A DNA stretch of 64,000 bases from the human T2T-CHM13v2.0 reference genome, Homo sapiens. Below, piece by piece: positions 1 through 13,569 of the stretch. The translations under genes and the position numbers were made by a program. Position 1 is the stretch's first letter. The number at the start of each line of letters is the position of its first letter. Location of the stretch: NCBI RefSeq assembly GCF_009914755.1, contig NC_060928.1, one strand, 5' to 3'. The notes beneath the pieces are model-generated. The model worked only from the letters and a program-made list of their open reading frames with translations, was not told the origin of the DNA and ran no database searches.

Positions 1-819
1 GGCTGAATCTTGGGGGACATCCTTCACTCGTGCACTTTGACTGGTTGGGGGTGGTGCTGGCTTCAAACCCAGGTCTCCCTGGCTGGGGCTCATGCCTTGT
101 CCACTGTGCAGTGTCCGCCTGCCCAGTACAGCTCTGCCTCAGTCCCCATAGAGCTGGGGAAGTGGCCTCAGAACCCTGCACCCCATTGCTGCATCTGTGG
201 AGTGAGGTTTGCTCTGAGAGCAATGATCTGAGCAGCTTTTGTCACCAGGATGCCTGGATTTTAGACAGACAGTTCCTCTCTCCCCTTTTTGTTTCTCATT
301 CATGCTCTCCTTCTCTTGCTTCTTTTTATTTCGTTGACCCACATCAACTCATCTGCCTTTCCTCTGATTCTCTTGAATGTCATTTATTCGCACCAAATTC
401 TTTCTTTCCTGTAAGACAACTGGAGAAAGTCAGCTTCTCCCTCCTCACTTTCCCCTTTCCTTTCTTTTTTGAAATTTAGTTTTTAAGTTTATATTTATAG
501 AATATTTTTATTACAAAATTAACACACGAGAAAATTGAGAAAAGTACAAGAAAAAAACAGGAAAATAAAAATCGTATAATACAAACGATATATTCTGGTT
601 TGTGGCACACGTATATGTAAATACTAATTTTTTGGTAAAAAATACATGCATTAGGATATATGCACTATGAGATGTACCTCCATGAAATCATATTTGATGA
701 CTGCATTACAGTTTGTAATGTCACTGTCATAACGTGTTTTAACAATTTCCCAAATTCACAGTTGCGGACATGTGTTTTAATGTCTGACATGGAGTGTCAT
801 GCCACGTGCTTTATGCTTC

Positions 820-908
820 ACTCCTGGTTCTGCCTTTCACTACCTTTGTGTTCTTTGAGTAGGCTGCTTAATGTCTCCCTACCTCAGTTTCTTCACCTGT
901 AAAACAGG
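820..908 (+). mobile_element. MIR SINE core fragment
   Basis: 'cctcagtttcttcacctgtaaaacaggg' matches the MIR core motif; edges approximate. Confidence 0.7.
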
Positions 909-1550
909 GAGAGATTTTGTGCCACGTTTCATCCATAGACTAGCTCTAGAATCTGGTTCTCATGATACAGCCAGCCTCTGTAAACTTCACCCAAGCAATT
1001 TGCTACATCAGCGAGAGGTCAAAGCGGTGTCCAGGGCAGCTTTCCCTTTAAGTCTTTCCAAAAGACTTAAACTTTCCTTTTTCTTTGAAGCTGTTGGCAG
1101 GAAACTTGATATCCATAGAGAATGGGTTCATTTTACTTGACGAAAACTGTGAGTTTTACAGACACCTCCCTGAGGGCCAGGAGTAGCTACAGACTGTGGA
1201 GGTGGAAGGTGTCCCAGGTGTTGGAACACAATTGCCACCTTTATGCAGAACAGGAAGCACATCCCACACACCTCAAAGCCTGGCCCTGCACCAGGACTTT
1301 AGAGCCTCAACAAAATGAGAATTGTCCCTCCCAAACTTGCCCTTTTCTCCCTCTGTTCTGGCATTTGGAGGAAACAATACCTTTAAAAAGCCATTAGCCA
1401 CATAAGCTTCTGTATGGTTACTTATTTAATATCATCGGCATTGGTTTCTACTTAGTAACATAGAGTACTATGTTAGGTCTGATTCATTGATCCAAACAAC
1501 ATTGCCACTTGGAACCATGACTGGAGCGTAGTGGATACTGTCAAGGCCAG

Positions 1551-1630
1551 GGAGAGAGAGACAGAGAAGGACGGACACAGAGAGGGACAGAGAGAGACAG
1601 GGTCAGAGAGACAGAGCGTCTCTCTGTCTC
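1551..1630. repeat. GA-rich simple repeat (AGAGAC-like)
   Basis: Run of gagagagacag-type units followed by the complementary tctctctgtctc. Confidence 0.7.
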
Positions 1631-1637
1631 CTCCTTC

Positions 1638-1993
1638 TGCTGCTGCAGGGTGATTGCTAACTACTCATGTTTTAATCCTTTTTGGGAGGATTGCCTTTGA
1701 CTGACAGGAGCCACAGGGCTTGGTAATGTCTGAGAGGTTGGGTTCCCCACTCCCACCCCCACAGGCATTCTGGGCTACAGACTGCCTGAGCCCCTCACCT
1801 CTGGGCTTCACAGAGTCTGTGAAATAGCTCAGCTCCAGAACTTACTGAGAAATCAGGCTTAGGTCAGGCCTCCCCATAACACTTCTTCCCCCTTCTGTCT
1901 CCCTCTTTCCCCTGCAGGGTTCTGCTGCAAGAGGTCCCCGCATAATTCACTTGCACCAGAATCCAGGTCTCAGACTTTGCTGCTAGTGAGACC
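1638..1993 (+). mobile_element. Old ERVL solo LTR, LTR16-like
   Basis: 3' end 'cacttgcaccagaatccaggtctcagactttgctgctag' resembles LTR16/LTR33-class ends; highly diverged. Confidence 0.55.
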
Positions 1994-1997
1994 GCCA

Positions 1998-2525
1998 CCT
2001 CTCACTTGGATAACAGCCTTTTAACTGGCATCCTGTGTAACCCTCTTGGCCTCCTCCAATCTGTTTCCAGAAAGCAGCCTATGGAAGCTTTTCAAAATGT
2101 GTACCTGTTTATATTACTCTAATGCCTAAAAACTTGTAACAGCTTCTTGCTCTTGGGACAGTGTCCCCATGGACCTATATGGTCTGGTCTTTAATAATCT
2201 TCGAAGGCTTATCTCAATGTTTCTCCCTCACACAAACTCCCTCACTGGCCTTTCATTTCCTTAAAAGGCTTGTTTAGTTAGACTTGTTTTTTTTTTTTTC
2301 ACTCTTTGCTGAAATTCCTAATTGTCCTTCAGATTTCAACTCAAGGCTACATTCAAAACTCAGATGAAATCAACTCATAGTAGTTTGCAAATATTCATTT
2401 ATGAGATTAGTTACATTTTTCGGTCTGTATTGATGTTAACTTTGTCAAAGTCAGGGTCTGTTTCTCCTTTGCTCTCCAGACTAAGACGGCACCTAGAATG
2501 TGGTCCAGCACATTGAGAATAGAGC
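1998..2525 (+). mobile_element. L2 LINE 3' region fragment
   Basis: L2-like 'ctctcacttggataacagccttttaactgg' and end-like 'cacctagaatgtggtccagcaca'. Confidence 0.55.
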
Positions 2526-2651
2526 AGAAGATGAAAGCTGGAGGGGCTGAGGGGCCTTGGAGGCAGAGTTGGGCTCAACTTCTCATTCCCTGGGACGAAC
2601 TGTGCACAGTAGCCTCTGCTCCTCCTTCTTCAGTGAAGACTGCGATGCCTG

Positions 2652-3279
2652 TGTTGGGGCTCAGAAACCGATACCCCAAAATATGATGCTTTGTACATGC
2701 TGAACTGAAACAGGAGCTTTAAGCTCTTTCAGGCCTCCCCACATCTTACCGTCTCTCCCAAAGTGTAGGATTCTCTGAAAGTCTTTGTCTGCCTAAAGTC
2801 CAGACCTACCAATGAAGAAAACAATCACCTCCTGCCCTTTGTCTGAGTTTTCATGAGCTGAACCCATATTGCAGGAAGGAAGGCTAAGATCTGTCAACAC
2901 ACCTGGGCAGACTTTTGTCACAAACCATTGTCTGCTCTGAGGACCCAAAAGAGCTTGTCCCAGATAATTGCCTGTTCTTTAAGGCTATTAAATTCTCCCT
3001 GGTAACCATTTACTGTCCTTCAACGGAAGTCCTCTTCTTCCCCCTCCCATGACCTGTATGACCAGCTCCCATGCCCCCATTCTTTCTGTAACCTCAAGAT
3101 GGTTTATAAGCTTCTGCGCCTCATTGAGGGGTTGGGTCTTCATTCTGAGGGCTCCCGTGTCACCTAAAGCTATGGTCAGATACATTTGTATGTGTTTTCT
3201 CCAATTAATCTGCCTTTCGTGAGTTGATTTATCGTGAAACTTCAGAGGATGAAGGAGAAATTTTCCCTTTGCACCTATG
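2652..3279 (+). mobile_element. ERV1 solo LTR, MER39-like, inserted in a MIR
   Basis: Starts tgttggggctcagaaaccgataccccaaaatatg; 4-bp TSD CCTG at 2648-2651 and 3280-3283; MIR-like sequence on both sides. Confidence 0.8.
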
Positions 3280-4299
3280 CCTGCCACCCTCACAGGCTGT
3301 GTGAAGGTCCTTCTTCAAAAAATACTGGCTATTCTTGGCACTGACCTGGCCTCGGCTTTCAGGAAGAGAGGGGAGGCAGGCTCCCTTTCCCAAGACATGC
3401 TGGCAGCCTGAGAGTCAAGGCCATGGGGTGTTCACAGATGAGGCCCCCTGATATTTACATGTCTTAGGGATCAGAAGTGGGCACAGCTGGGGCAGAGCGA
3501 GGAAGTGCTAACACCCACCAGGCATCTGCGAGGGGACGCCCACATCAAGAAAACCTCAGCACAAGGTTGAGTGTTTCAGCAAACCTCGGGGAGATTGCAC
3601 ATTTACTCATGAAGAGACCACATGGTGAGGTCAGCCCCAAAACCAGGCCAATGTCTCTCAAGCCCAACTAGTTTTCAAGACAATGTCTTGCAACTTATAG
3701 AGTTTGGGGGGAAGGCAGTGTGAAGTTCAGGGGGGAAGGCAGTGTGAAGGTGAGCATATCAGTAGCTACCCACCATGCTGGCTAATCACTGGGAAATTCT
3801 TTTATAAACAGCCACAGTCTCTCTCAAGTTTTCCAAAATTAGAACCTCTCCAAATTTATTTTTTTCAAGGCTTCAGAAATATCCCATAAATCTTTGAAAA
3901 CGAAAATTTCTTCTCTCTCCTCAGTCCTCACCCAGGGCTTCTGATGCTGCCAGTCAATCCCAAGTCATGCTTGGTGTTTGGGGACCACGGCAGTGCAAAA
4001 CCTCTGAGGGCCTGGGGAGAAGGAATACCTGCAAGACTAAGAATAATGAAGGGATAAAACAGAGGATAGCCTCACTATGCTCCTACTCCAGAAAATTGGA
4101 TTATTGTCTGCAAAGATTCCTCAGTCTTGTGGACACTGATGAAATATTGTAGACTGGAATTGAATCTGGCTTGTTGTCTGTTTGTTTATTCCTGAGCCTG
4201 ATAATTTATTTGAACAACTTTGCCTTTCTATAGTACATGATGATCGGCAAGTTACTATGACACGCATTTGTACCCATTGGACTCTGTGACCATTCTGAA

Positions 4300-4450
4300 G
4301 ATAAGCTCTTGTCACCCTCCTCATGGAAAAAAATGGAGATTCATGAAAGTCAAAGGACTGGCCCAGGCTCTCACAGGCAAAGCTGGGATTCCAACTTGTG
4401 TCTAATGAGCCAGAAGCTCAGAGTCGTTTCCGCTCTTTCTGCTCACTCTA
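4300..4450 (-). mobile_element. MIR fragment
   Basis: 'ggactggcccaggctctcacagg...gctgggattccaac' resembles antisense MIR. Confidence 0.55.
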
Positions 4451-6019
4451 CACCAAACTCTGGGCTATGTGTTGTGGATTCAAAAATTTTGGAGCCACTG
4501 TCTCTCCAAATAGGCTGTGAATTCTAGGAGGGGAAGAGCCAATAAAATTAATTATAGCACTATAGAGGGAGAGGGAAGGCTTATATACCTTTCCCCAAGT
4601 CCACTTCATTCCAATTTCCTATCTATCTACACCATCTGAGCATCCTTCTTTCTCATTCATTCAGTCATCAATTTTTAGTCCATCTTTTCATTTATTCATA
4701 AATTTGTACATTTCTTCAGCAATTATAACAATAAGCCATTACTTATGAGGTACTCACCACAGCCTGGTCACTGTGCTAGGTAGGCACCACTGCCCTATAG
4801 GTGTTGTGATGTCCATCTGCTTGTAGCAGGTAAGCAGGATTGAGGGCGTTTCTCTCATTACACCAAGCCATTTATCTCCAGGCGTATTTGCCAAATGAAT
4901 AAATGGATGGAGAAATAAATAAGGGCTGTACTGATATTATTTACAGAATGTATGAAAAAGAAACACAAAGGAAGAGATTCCCTGACTTTTTGCCACAGAC
5001 CAATGGCACCAAATGCCAGTGCTGCTTTACGGAATCAGCATTTCTGGATCCACTTGCATAGCTTAAAGAAAGCTTCTCTTTTGGCCTTCTGTGTCTCTCC
5101 TGCTCCTCCTGATGTCTAGCAGTCTTTGGGTAAATATGGTGAGGTCAGCCCCGAAGAGCTCTACAGGTTCTAGGCAGAGTCTGAGTGACTGCTGCCCAGA
5201 GCATATTGATTGAAAAGCACATTCAAGTGTCTAAGGTATGTGTCCTCTCTCATAAAGGCTGAGTACTCCAGCTGCCTTCTGCGGGAAGTCATTTAATGAT
5301 GTTCTGTTCTAGGATAGGTGGCACTCGGTAAGTAGAAGGCTGGAAACCAGAGATAGGTGGGAGAGGAAATATTGCCTTTGCCCCAGATGCTCAGACCAAG
5401 AAAGAAAGAAATGAAATGACAGGGGAGGAAAGATCACAATTACAGGCAGCTGTAAGTTTTGCAGATCTTTGCATTATGTGAAAATAAGATGAGGACCCTT
5501 GGTGGATAGGCAGTTGATCAATCAGTTAATCTAGACATGTATATGCAATGGTCAGGAACTAGGGGTAAAGCAAATAATTTTAAACATTACAGAACAATTT
5601 CAGTAATCTTTGATTCGTGTCTAATATTAATTCATTCTAGCCTCATTACCAAGTAACCAAGATATAGAGGAGAGAAAGGGAAACGAACAAGTGAAAGGGA
5701 AAATATTTCAACTGTAGTGTCTGCCAATTAGAAAATGTTCTTTTTAGTCTCAAAGCAACTCTATGACATAGAAGTTACCTTTACTTTTTAGTGAAGCTCA
5801 CACAGGCAAAAGGATTTTCTCAATTCTCCTTCAGAGGTCACACAGCTATTGGACAATTGGGTAAGGATTCAAATATGTCTTTTTTTGAGGTCTGTCTTTT
5901 TATTTAAACACCTACCCCTGTTTCTGAAATAGAAGGCTCAAGGTGCGCATTACCTGATTTACAGATTGAGTTGCAGTATAACATGGTGGCTGAAGGCATG
6001 AATAGCTCTTGTCTAGGGT

Positions 6020-6320
6020 GTTTACCTGCTATCTCTAATTGGATGACTGATAAGCATGTAAAATTTAAAATATCCAAAACGTAACTCTTAACATTCAAAA
6101 CTCCATCTTCCCAGACTTCCTTGGTTCAGTGAATGGCAACTTCTTTTCCCCAGTTGTACAGTACGAGTGTCCAGGCATCGTCCTTGACCATCTCATGCCT
6201 CTGGACCAGTTCATAACCAATGCTGGAGATTTTCCCTCCAAACTATCTTGAGTCTTTCCACCTCTCTCCATCTGACCTCTGCCATGTCCACCATCATCTT
6301 TTTCTATCTCCAAGCCCACA
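6020..6320 (+). mobile_element. L2 fragment
   Basis: 'cagtgaatggcaac...ccagttg...gtccttgac' is typical L2; an L2 3'-end-like piece follows at ~6480-6600. Confidence 0.65.
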
Positions 6321-6888
6321 AAATGTGAAGACAATGTCCTTAGCCCTTAGCAGGAATTCAACAGGAATACATCAGGAGAGGGGGAGGGACTTCTAATTCT
6401 GCCCAGGCAACATGCACAGTATCCCACGCATATCAGACTATACAACTTTCATTTAACATCTACAACCTTTGTGTGACTATTTGTGGAATATTCATTTCCT
6501 GTACTAAGTTGAAATGCCACAAGGGCAGGGTCATCTTTTTTTGTGCATCATTGTACCCCTAGGTCTAGCCTAGTGCCTGACATTCACTTCAGCTCATCTC
6601 TTGCTAAATGCCATTGGTGCACATTGCCCCCCTTTTTAAACACAACAGACTTTCTCTTTGTCTTCAAGAATGTTCTTACTATTGAAAAGATCATGCCACA
6701 CACCCATGTTACCTTTGTCATTTTTATTCAGTTTTCACAGAAAAATTCTCAATTTTCATTTGCACAATTTTCAATGCTCTCACTACTTTTGCATTCGTCA
6801 TGTATTAGGAACTAAATACTATTTAAAAATACCTCAAAATTGGCCCAAATAAGCAGATGAGGCTGCTAGCTAACTCATAACAGAAGCA

Positions 6889-7211
6889 TTTTATCTTATT
6901 TTGAGACAGAGAAAAGATAAGCATTTTATCTTATTTTGACTGAGGCCTGTCAACCAGGCCAGAGTGCAGGGGCGTGATCTCAGCTCACTACAACTTCTGC
7001 CTCCTGGGTTCAAGCAATTCTCCTGTCTCAGCCTCCTGAGTATCTGGGATTACAGGCATGTGCTACCACACTAGGCTAATTTTTGTATTTTTAGTAGAGA
7101 TGGGGTTTGGCCAGTTTGGTCAGGCTGGTCTCGAACTCCTGACCTTAGGTGATCTGCCTGCCTCGGCCTCCCAAAGTGCTGGGATTACGGCATCAGCCAC
7201 CACACCTGGCC
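6889..7211 (-). mobile_element. AluS-type element with a templated insertion near its 3' end
   Basis: Antisense Alu dimer (gcctcccaaagtgctgggattac; ctaatttttgtatttttagtagaga). Confidence 0.95.
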
Positions 7212-7389
7212 TGGAAAATTTTAAATTTGGAAATTCCTTTCCCTGCTAGAATCAAAGCTAAAAGTTTTTAAGTTTAGAGAATGTGCATTCTCTCAAGTCG
7301 ACAGCGTTATTCTTTGTGCATGTGTTACCATCTTCATCAGCTTTGTTGCGACTGATGGGCTGCAGCTTTCCCAGAGCATCTGATGCAAG

Positions 7390-7600
7390 CACAGATTTAT
7401 TGAACGCTTACTCTGTGCCAGATGATAGGTTAACGCTTCATCTACATTCTCCCATTTAATTCCCATTCCCTATATGGTGAATTTAATTGTGATCATGGTT
7501 TGCAGGTGAAGAAAACGAGAGACGCAATTTGACAGAGACCCATGCCTAATCCAGGAACATCTGAGCCTAGAACCAATGCTCGTAGGTGTCTATCTGCAAG
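7390..7600 (-). mobile_element. MIR
   Basis: 'tttattgaacgcttactctgtgccag...tttgcaggtgaagaaaacgag'. Confidence 0.7.
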
Positions 7601-7884
7601 GTCTCCAAAGAGCAAGAATTCTGTCATCCTTGTACTTCACTCATTTATAACTGCTCCATACCATTCCAAACAGTACAAATGTAATTTGGCTGTATATACA
7701 GAAGCAGACAGAATCTGTCACTCATAATGGTAATAGAATTGGCAATCATACTATTGCCATAATCAGTGCTAGATATTGTTATGCACTTTCACATACAATA
7801 TTTCATTTGTTCCCTATATCAGCCCTTTGTGGTTGGTTGTACTGGAAAAGGCTAAACAATGTTGGGTGCTCAGTTGCATAATGG

Positions 7885-8060
7885 TAATAGCTATGCACTG
7901 AGTTCCCATTAATACTTAGGCCAACTAGTGAGGTCAGAATGAGAACTCCCATTTTACAGACAAGGAAAATGAGATTCAGCATAGTTAAGCCCCCTGTATA
8001 AGATCACACAGGTAGAGCTGGGTGCAGACTGATGGGCTCACCCTGAGCCATTCCCTTTGT
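7885..8060 (-). mobile_element. MIR
   Basis: 'cccattttacagacaaggaaaatgag...gttaag...aagatcacacag'. Confidence 0.7.
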
Positions 8061-9329
8061 CATCATGTTGAAGTCACTCCCCTTGGATAATACTTGCATT
8101 TTTAAGGTGCCAGAGCTCAGAGAAGAGAAACAGAGTCCATCAGGGTCATTAGTAAGGCCCATAAGAAGAGAAGGGGCACAGAGTAGAGCCTAGGGGAGGA
8201 AGGTTAAATATTTGCCCTGAAAAAGTGGCCTTTTTCCAAAGGAAGTTTTGGATATAAAAGGAGACACCTGGGTGGTCATTTTGGGAGGTGTCCCCCACGT
8301 TAGCACCGAGTCAGTGGGCAAGGCTGGAGACCCCACTGTTTCCCAGCTTCCCAGCCAGCTTGCTGTGTGCGCTCGGCTCTTCATAATCTGGGGAATGAGG
8401 CTGAAGTTAATTAGTTCTCTTTATTTCATTTGCCTGTCATTTCCCTTGCAACTCAAGCTTCATGCTTTCTACCTCTCCACATTTGATCTAAGGAAGAGCA
8501 AAGAACCCAGCAGCCTGGATTCTGCCTACTGGGCTTACACTGTGCACCGAAAGACTGAATTTTTAGCGCTAATTACTCTAAGTACTTTCAGTTGCCCTAT
8601 TGCTTCTCAGAGGCACCTCTGCATTTCCAGCTTTCCCAGTCTAACTTCGGTGTTTTGAAATACCTGTCACTGCTCAGGCTTCTGAAGCTTTTTTGCTTCC
8701 CTCCTATGGAAACCTCCTGGAGAACAATTTGGCTTTTCCCTTCAGGTTCATTCAGATTAGTGAAAGTCATTAGAGGTGAGGAAGGATCTGAGAATATCAT
8801 TGCTGGAAAAAAAAATCTTTGGTAAAATGAGCAGTTGGACTGGGACTGGGACTTCTGGGCAGAAACTGAGGACCAGAGAGAGAAAAGGCCTCTCCCCCTT
8901 GCATGGCTCCTTAGTTGAAGAGCAGGTGGGCATCCTGGCCCTCCTGATTCCAGGTGTAGGGCTTTTCCCATTATAACAGCCCTTTGGCTATTTCCCCTTT
9001 CAAAAGAGATAACAATCTTATGAAGCATCTTCTAACCTGGTTTCTAGATTGATGACATTTTTACTAACTGGTCAAGTGCTATATTAATTTACTTATTTAA
9101 GCATTCAGTATTTTGACAAGAATTTAGTGAGAGAATTTGGATACTACAACAGGTTTATGAAGCTTTCTGCTTTTCCTGAGTTTCCGACATTCCGTATTAG
9201 ACATATGTTGCTCATTTTGACTGCCCCATTGTGACTGGCAACTTCCTCAACTGGTAGGGCTCTCAGTCACATGTTCTGCCTCTCCTGACAGTGAAGTGTC
9301 AGGAGATCCTGCCTGGGTAATCAGATTGC

Positions 9330-9705
9330 CCCGTTTCCTACGGCAGAGACTGATCGACCCTGTCCACCTCTGACACTAATCTCTTGGCCAGAATTTAGCT
9401 GTACAGTACGTGCTCTGGCCAAGAGAGAGGAGGCCTTTTCTCTCCTTGGGATAGTATATTCTCCCAGTGATATATACTTAGATACTCTCCACCATCTGTG
9501 CTGGATGTGGAAAGCGACTGTCTGAAAATAAAGCTGATACTGCAGAGTATCAGCAAAAAAATGGAAGAGAGCGACAGAGGGACCTGCTGATGTCCTTTAA
9601 ATCTTTGCATATTGCTCTGTATGAATCTAGATACATTCTAGACTATCTCAGTTTTCTAAGCCAATAAATTCCTCTCATGAATTAAATGGGTTGGATTGGG
9701 TTATT
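9330..9705 (+). mobile_element. Old MaLR LTR (MLT1J/K-like)
   Basis: End 'agccaataaattcctctc...gggttggattggg' resembles late MLT1 LTR ends. Confidence 0.5.
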
Positions 9706-10080
9706 ATTCCATCTCAAAGATGAAGACATGAAAGAGCTTATAGGTTAGATACCTTGTCCAAAGTTACATGGCTAGGAGATGGCAGGTTTGGGGTTGAGAG
9801 GAATGCCTGTCTCCAAAATCCGTGTTCTTTCTTCTAGACTACGCTCTTCTGCACAGCATCAGGCATCGTGAAGAATGCTGCTAGAGAGATGCAAATGGTG
9901 CATAAGACGCGTTCTCTGCAATTTGCTTTTCTCACAAAGTGGGAAAGAGAGATGTGCAAACCACTAACTCCTGCCGTGGAACAAACACTATACTCAAAAT
10001 AGACGATCTATGATTAATAAGGACAAGAGGTGGGAGGGAGTAATTCTGCCTGATGGGGGCTGGGTAGACTTACAAAACAC

Positions 10081-10540
10081 TGTCAAGATTGAGTGGTGTC
10101 TTCCAAAAAGATGTGTTGGGAGTCCAAACCCCTGGTATTGTGAATGTGAATTTATTTGGATATAGGGTCTTTGCAGAAGTAATTAAGATATAAGTTCCAT
10201 TCATCTTGGAGTAGGGTGGGTCTTTAATCCAATATGACTTGTATCTTTATAAGATGAGAACAGACACAGAGAGAACCACACACAGAGCAGGGAACACACG
10301 TGAAGACACAGAGAGAAAAGATGGCCATGTAACGATAGAGGCAGAGATTGGAGTGATGCAGCTGCAAGGGGAGGAATGCCAAGGACAGCCAGCAAATACT
10401 GGAAGATACGAGAGAGCACATCGCCCTGCTCACAACCTTGATTTCAGACTTTGGCCTCCTGATTTGTAAGAAAATACATTTCTGTTGTTGTAGGCCACCC
10501 AGTTTGTGGCTATTTGTTATGGCAGTCCTAGGAAAACATA
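10081..10540 (+). mobile_element. MaLR solo LTR MLT1B/C-like, within an antisense L2
   Basis: 'gaatgtgaatttatttggatatagggtctttgcaga', 'gaggcagagattggagtgatgcagc', 'ttatggcagtcctaggaaa'. Confidence 0.85.
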
Positions 10541-11370
10541 TAAGCAAATGAATCATGGGACCTGAGTGGTCTTGGGTAGAGGGGAGGGGAGGAGGGAAGG
10601 AGGGTGTAGCAGAAGGAATAGCAGCACGCCAAGGCATGGAGACAGCTCTCATACCGTGCACTTGGGAATGTGTCTGGAGCTAGGGTGTGCAGGCAGGACA
10701 TTGTATCTGTGAGGTTGAAATGCTTGATTGCAACTGAATTTGGAAGGATGGAGGTTGCCTTCTAAAGGTGCTGTGTGGTCACTGCTCACCCACTTTGTCC
10801 TTCCCACCAAAGCTTTTGTAGGGGAGGTCTTTTAAGTCTTCCCAGTTCTTCAGAGTAGAGCATCTATCATGACAATATATCCCTCTACTGTAAATATCTG
10901 CCTCCCTCTCATTCTTTGAATTCCAAGTACACTTGTGACTCTGAGGAGAGAAACCCCAGGGGCTGGGCACTATGGCTCTGTGCACACAGGTGTTGCAGTA
11001 TGGAGCAGGGCCTCCCGAGTGCCCATTGCAGATAGACTGCAGAGGCTGCTAAGAAGGACACGAGAAGAGCAAATAAACATGTTTCTATCATTTTCTGGGT
11101 TCTGTGAGGTTGCTCATCAAAGACATTTATTGCTTATTGAAGACCCATGTACTTTCCCACATTTCCCAGCCTCAGGCAAGGCCATGCAAATAGTTCCAGA
11201 CAATGGGGCTTGAGCAAAAGGGAGTGTATTGTACCCATCACTCCCCAGCTCTCCATCTCCAGCCTCAGATGCCTGTTCCAGATGGGGAAGCTACAAGATT
11301 GGAACCTTTGTATCACTGCTTGGAAGATATCTGCCCTGGAGAATTGCTGTACTCACAAAAAGCTTTGTGA

Positions 11371-11882
<512 letters not shown>

Positions 11883-12256
11883 CATCATTCCTCTTTTATT
11901 GCCTACTCTCTTAAAGAGTCCCTTAAACACATTAAGTGATTATTGAATTAACCAGAAAATTAAAGCTGGAGTGAGCACAGGGTCATCTAGTTTAATTGTC
12001 TCATTTTACCTATGCTCCCCCTGCAAGCCAGTGGCAGGTCCAAACCAAGGCACTGGTCTCCTGAATGTAGCCCCGAACTGTACCATGTTTTCTACACCAC
12101 GGCCTGACATTCAGCCTGTGTCTGCACCCACAGGGGTGCCTGTGAGAACACCGACTGCAGAGAGACATTTCCTTACCATACTGACAGCCACTATGCTCTA
12201 CTCAGGATTCGTAACCACCCTGGGAAAACTTTCACTATTAAATGTAGCTTATATGT

Positions 12257-12388
12257 AGGATGCCTGTGTAATAAATTGTGTGCATCCAGATGCTTTTGAG
12301 AGTGAAAGGGGGCTCTACTAATAATTACTCTGGGAAAACAGCATGCACATGAACAGCCTTAGGAAAATTGGGCAATATGGTCACCCTG
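12257..12388. mobile_element. MER94-like hAT-Blackjack MITE
   Basis: 'ttttgagagtgaaagggggctctactaataattac' core and terminal 'atatggtcaccct'. Confidence 0.7.
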
Positions 12389-12687
12389 AATCAAAGGTGG
12401 CTTTGGCGAAAAGCAGATATATGAAATGATGACATGGAATTTGCCCAGGATTGAGGAGTCTAGGAACTAGAATTTGTGATTCGGCTTTATTAAATATAGA
12501 CTCTGTGAACTTGAAAATATGTGTGACAGTGGTATATTAATTGTGAAAATCTATAATGCTTTCATTTTTTGTGGTTGTTATTGACACTGGTGTTACTATG
12601 ATTGTCATTCCTTGATGAATTAAAGCTAGAGTTGCCCACCTGTGTTTCTTGCTAGAATCATTTGGAGAGATTTATCAAATAAACACT

Positions 12688-13035
12688 GTATTAGTTTGCT
12701 TGGGCTTGCCATAGGAGAGAACCACAGACTGGGTGGCTTAAACAAGAGATATTTATTATCTCATGATTCTGGAGGCGAGAAATCTGGGATCAAGGCCATT
12801 CTCTTTGGCTTGTAGCTGGCTGTCTTATTTCTGTGTTTTTACATGGTCCCCTCTGAACGTCTGTGCCCAAATTTCTTCTTTTCATAAGGACATCAGTCAC
12901 ATTGGCTTAGAGGCCAACTTAATGGTCTCATTTGAAATTAGTTACCTCTGTCTCCAAATGCAGTCACATTCTGCGATGCTGGGGGTTAGGGCTTCAGCAT
13001 ATGCATGTTTATGGGACACAGTTTGGCTCATATCA
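12688..13035 (-). mobile_element. MaLR solo LTR (MLT1A-like), apparently splitting a MER5-like element
   Basis: Begins tgtattagtttgct...accacagactgggtggcttaaacaa; ends gggacacagtttggctcatatca. Confidence 0.8.
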
Positions 13036-13399
13036 GACGCCTTCCAGAAGACATCTTTTAAGACCCCAAATCATTGTACTGAAGTGGGCATTTCAGAATA
13101 TTCTTTACCTGGCGAGTTAGAGACATTTCTGGCCAATACAGAAAGAGTCTAATGTCAAGTTTCAGGCCCTTTCTTGCACTGCTGAGTAAGGCTGCATGAA
13201 ACTGACTGAATGGCTCTGAGTCTTTTACCCAGCCAGCCTCTCCTGCTGGTGACAGAAATTGTTTAGACAGGATGCCTCAGCACTGACACAATGAATAATG
13301 CTTTGTCAGTGGCTTTGGCTCATTGTGCAAAGCACTTTCTCTGCTCAGGCAATGATCAACTGGCTTTAGGGCTTGCATATGTCCTGCTGGGCTGGGTGA

Positions 13400-13560
13400 G
13401 AGGGGGCTGCCTATAGCTCTCAGCTTGGGAACCAACTAATGGCATGAGACACCCCTATGAGAGCCTAGTGGGATTTCCTCTGGGCCTCAGTTTCCTCATC
13501 CACAAAACGAAAAGATTTTCTGCTTTATATAAGTCATGGAGAACAAATAAGACAATGAAT
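13400..13560 (+). mobile_element. MIR
   Basis: 'ctctgggcctcagtttcctcatc'. Confidence 0.6.
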
Positions 13561-13569
13561 TAGCAGTTT

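Noticed and set aside
9533-9555. 9-bp stem hairpin gctgatact-gcag-agtatcagc as a structured RNA
   Set aside because: Too short, inside an old LTR, and expected by chance in 64 kb
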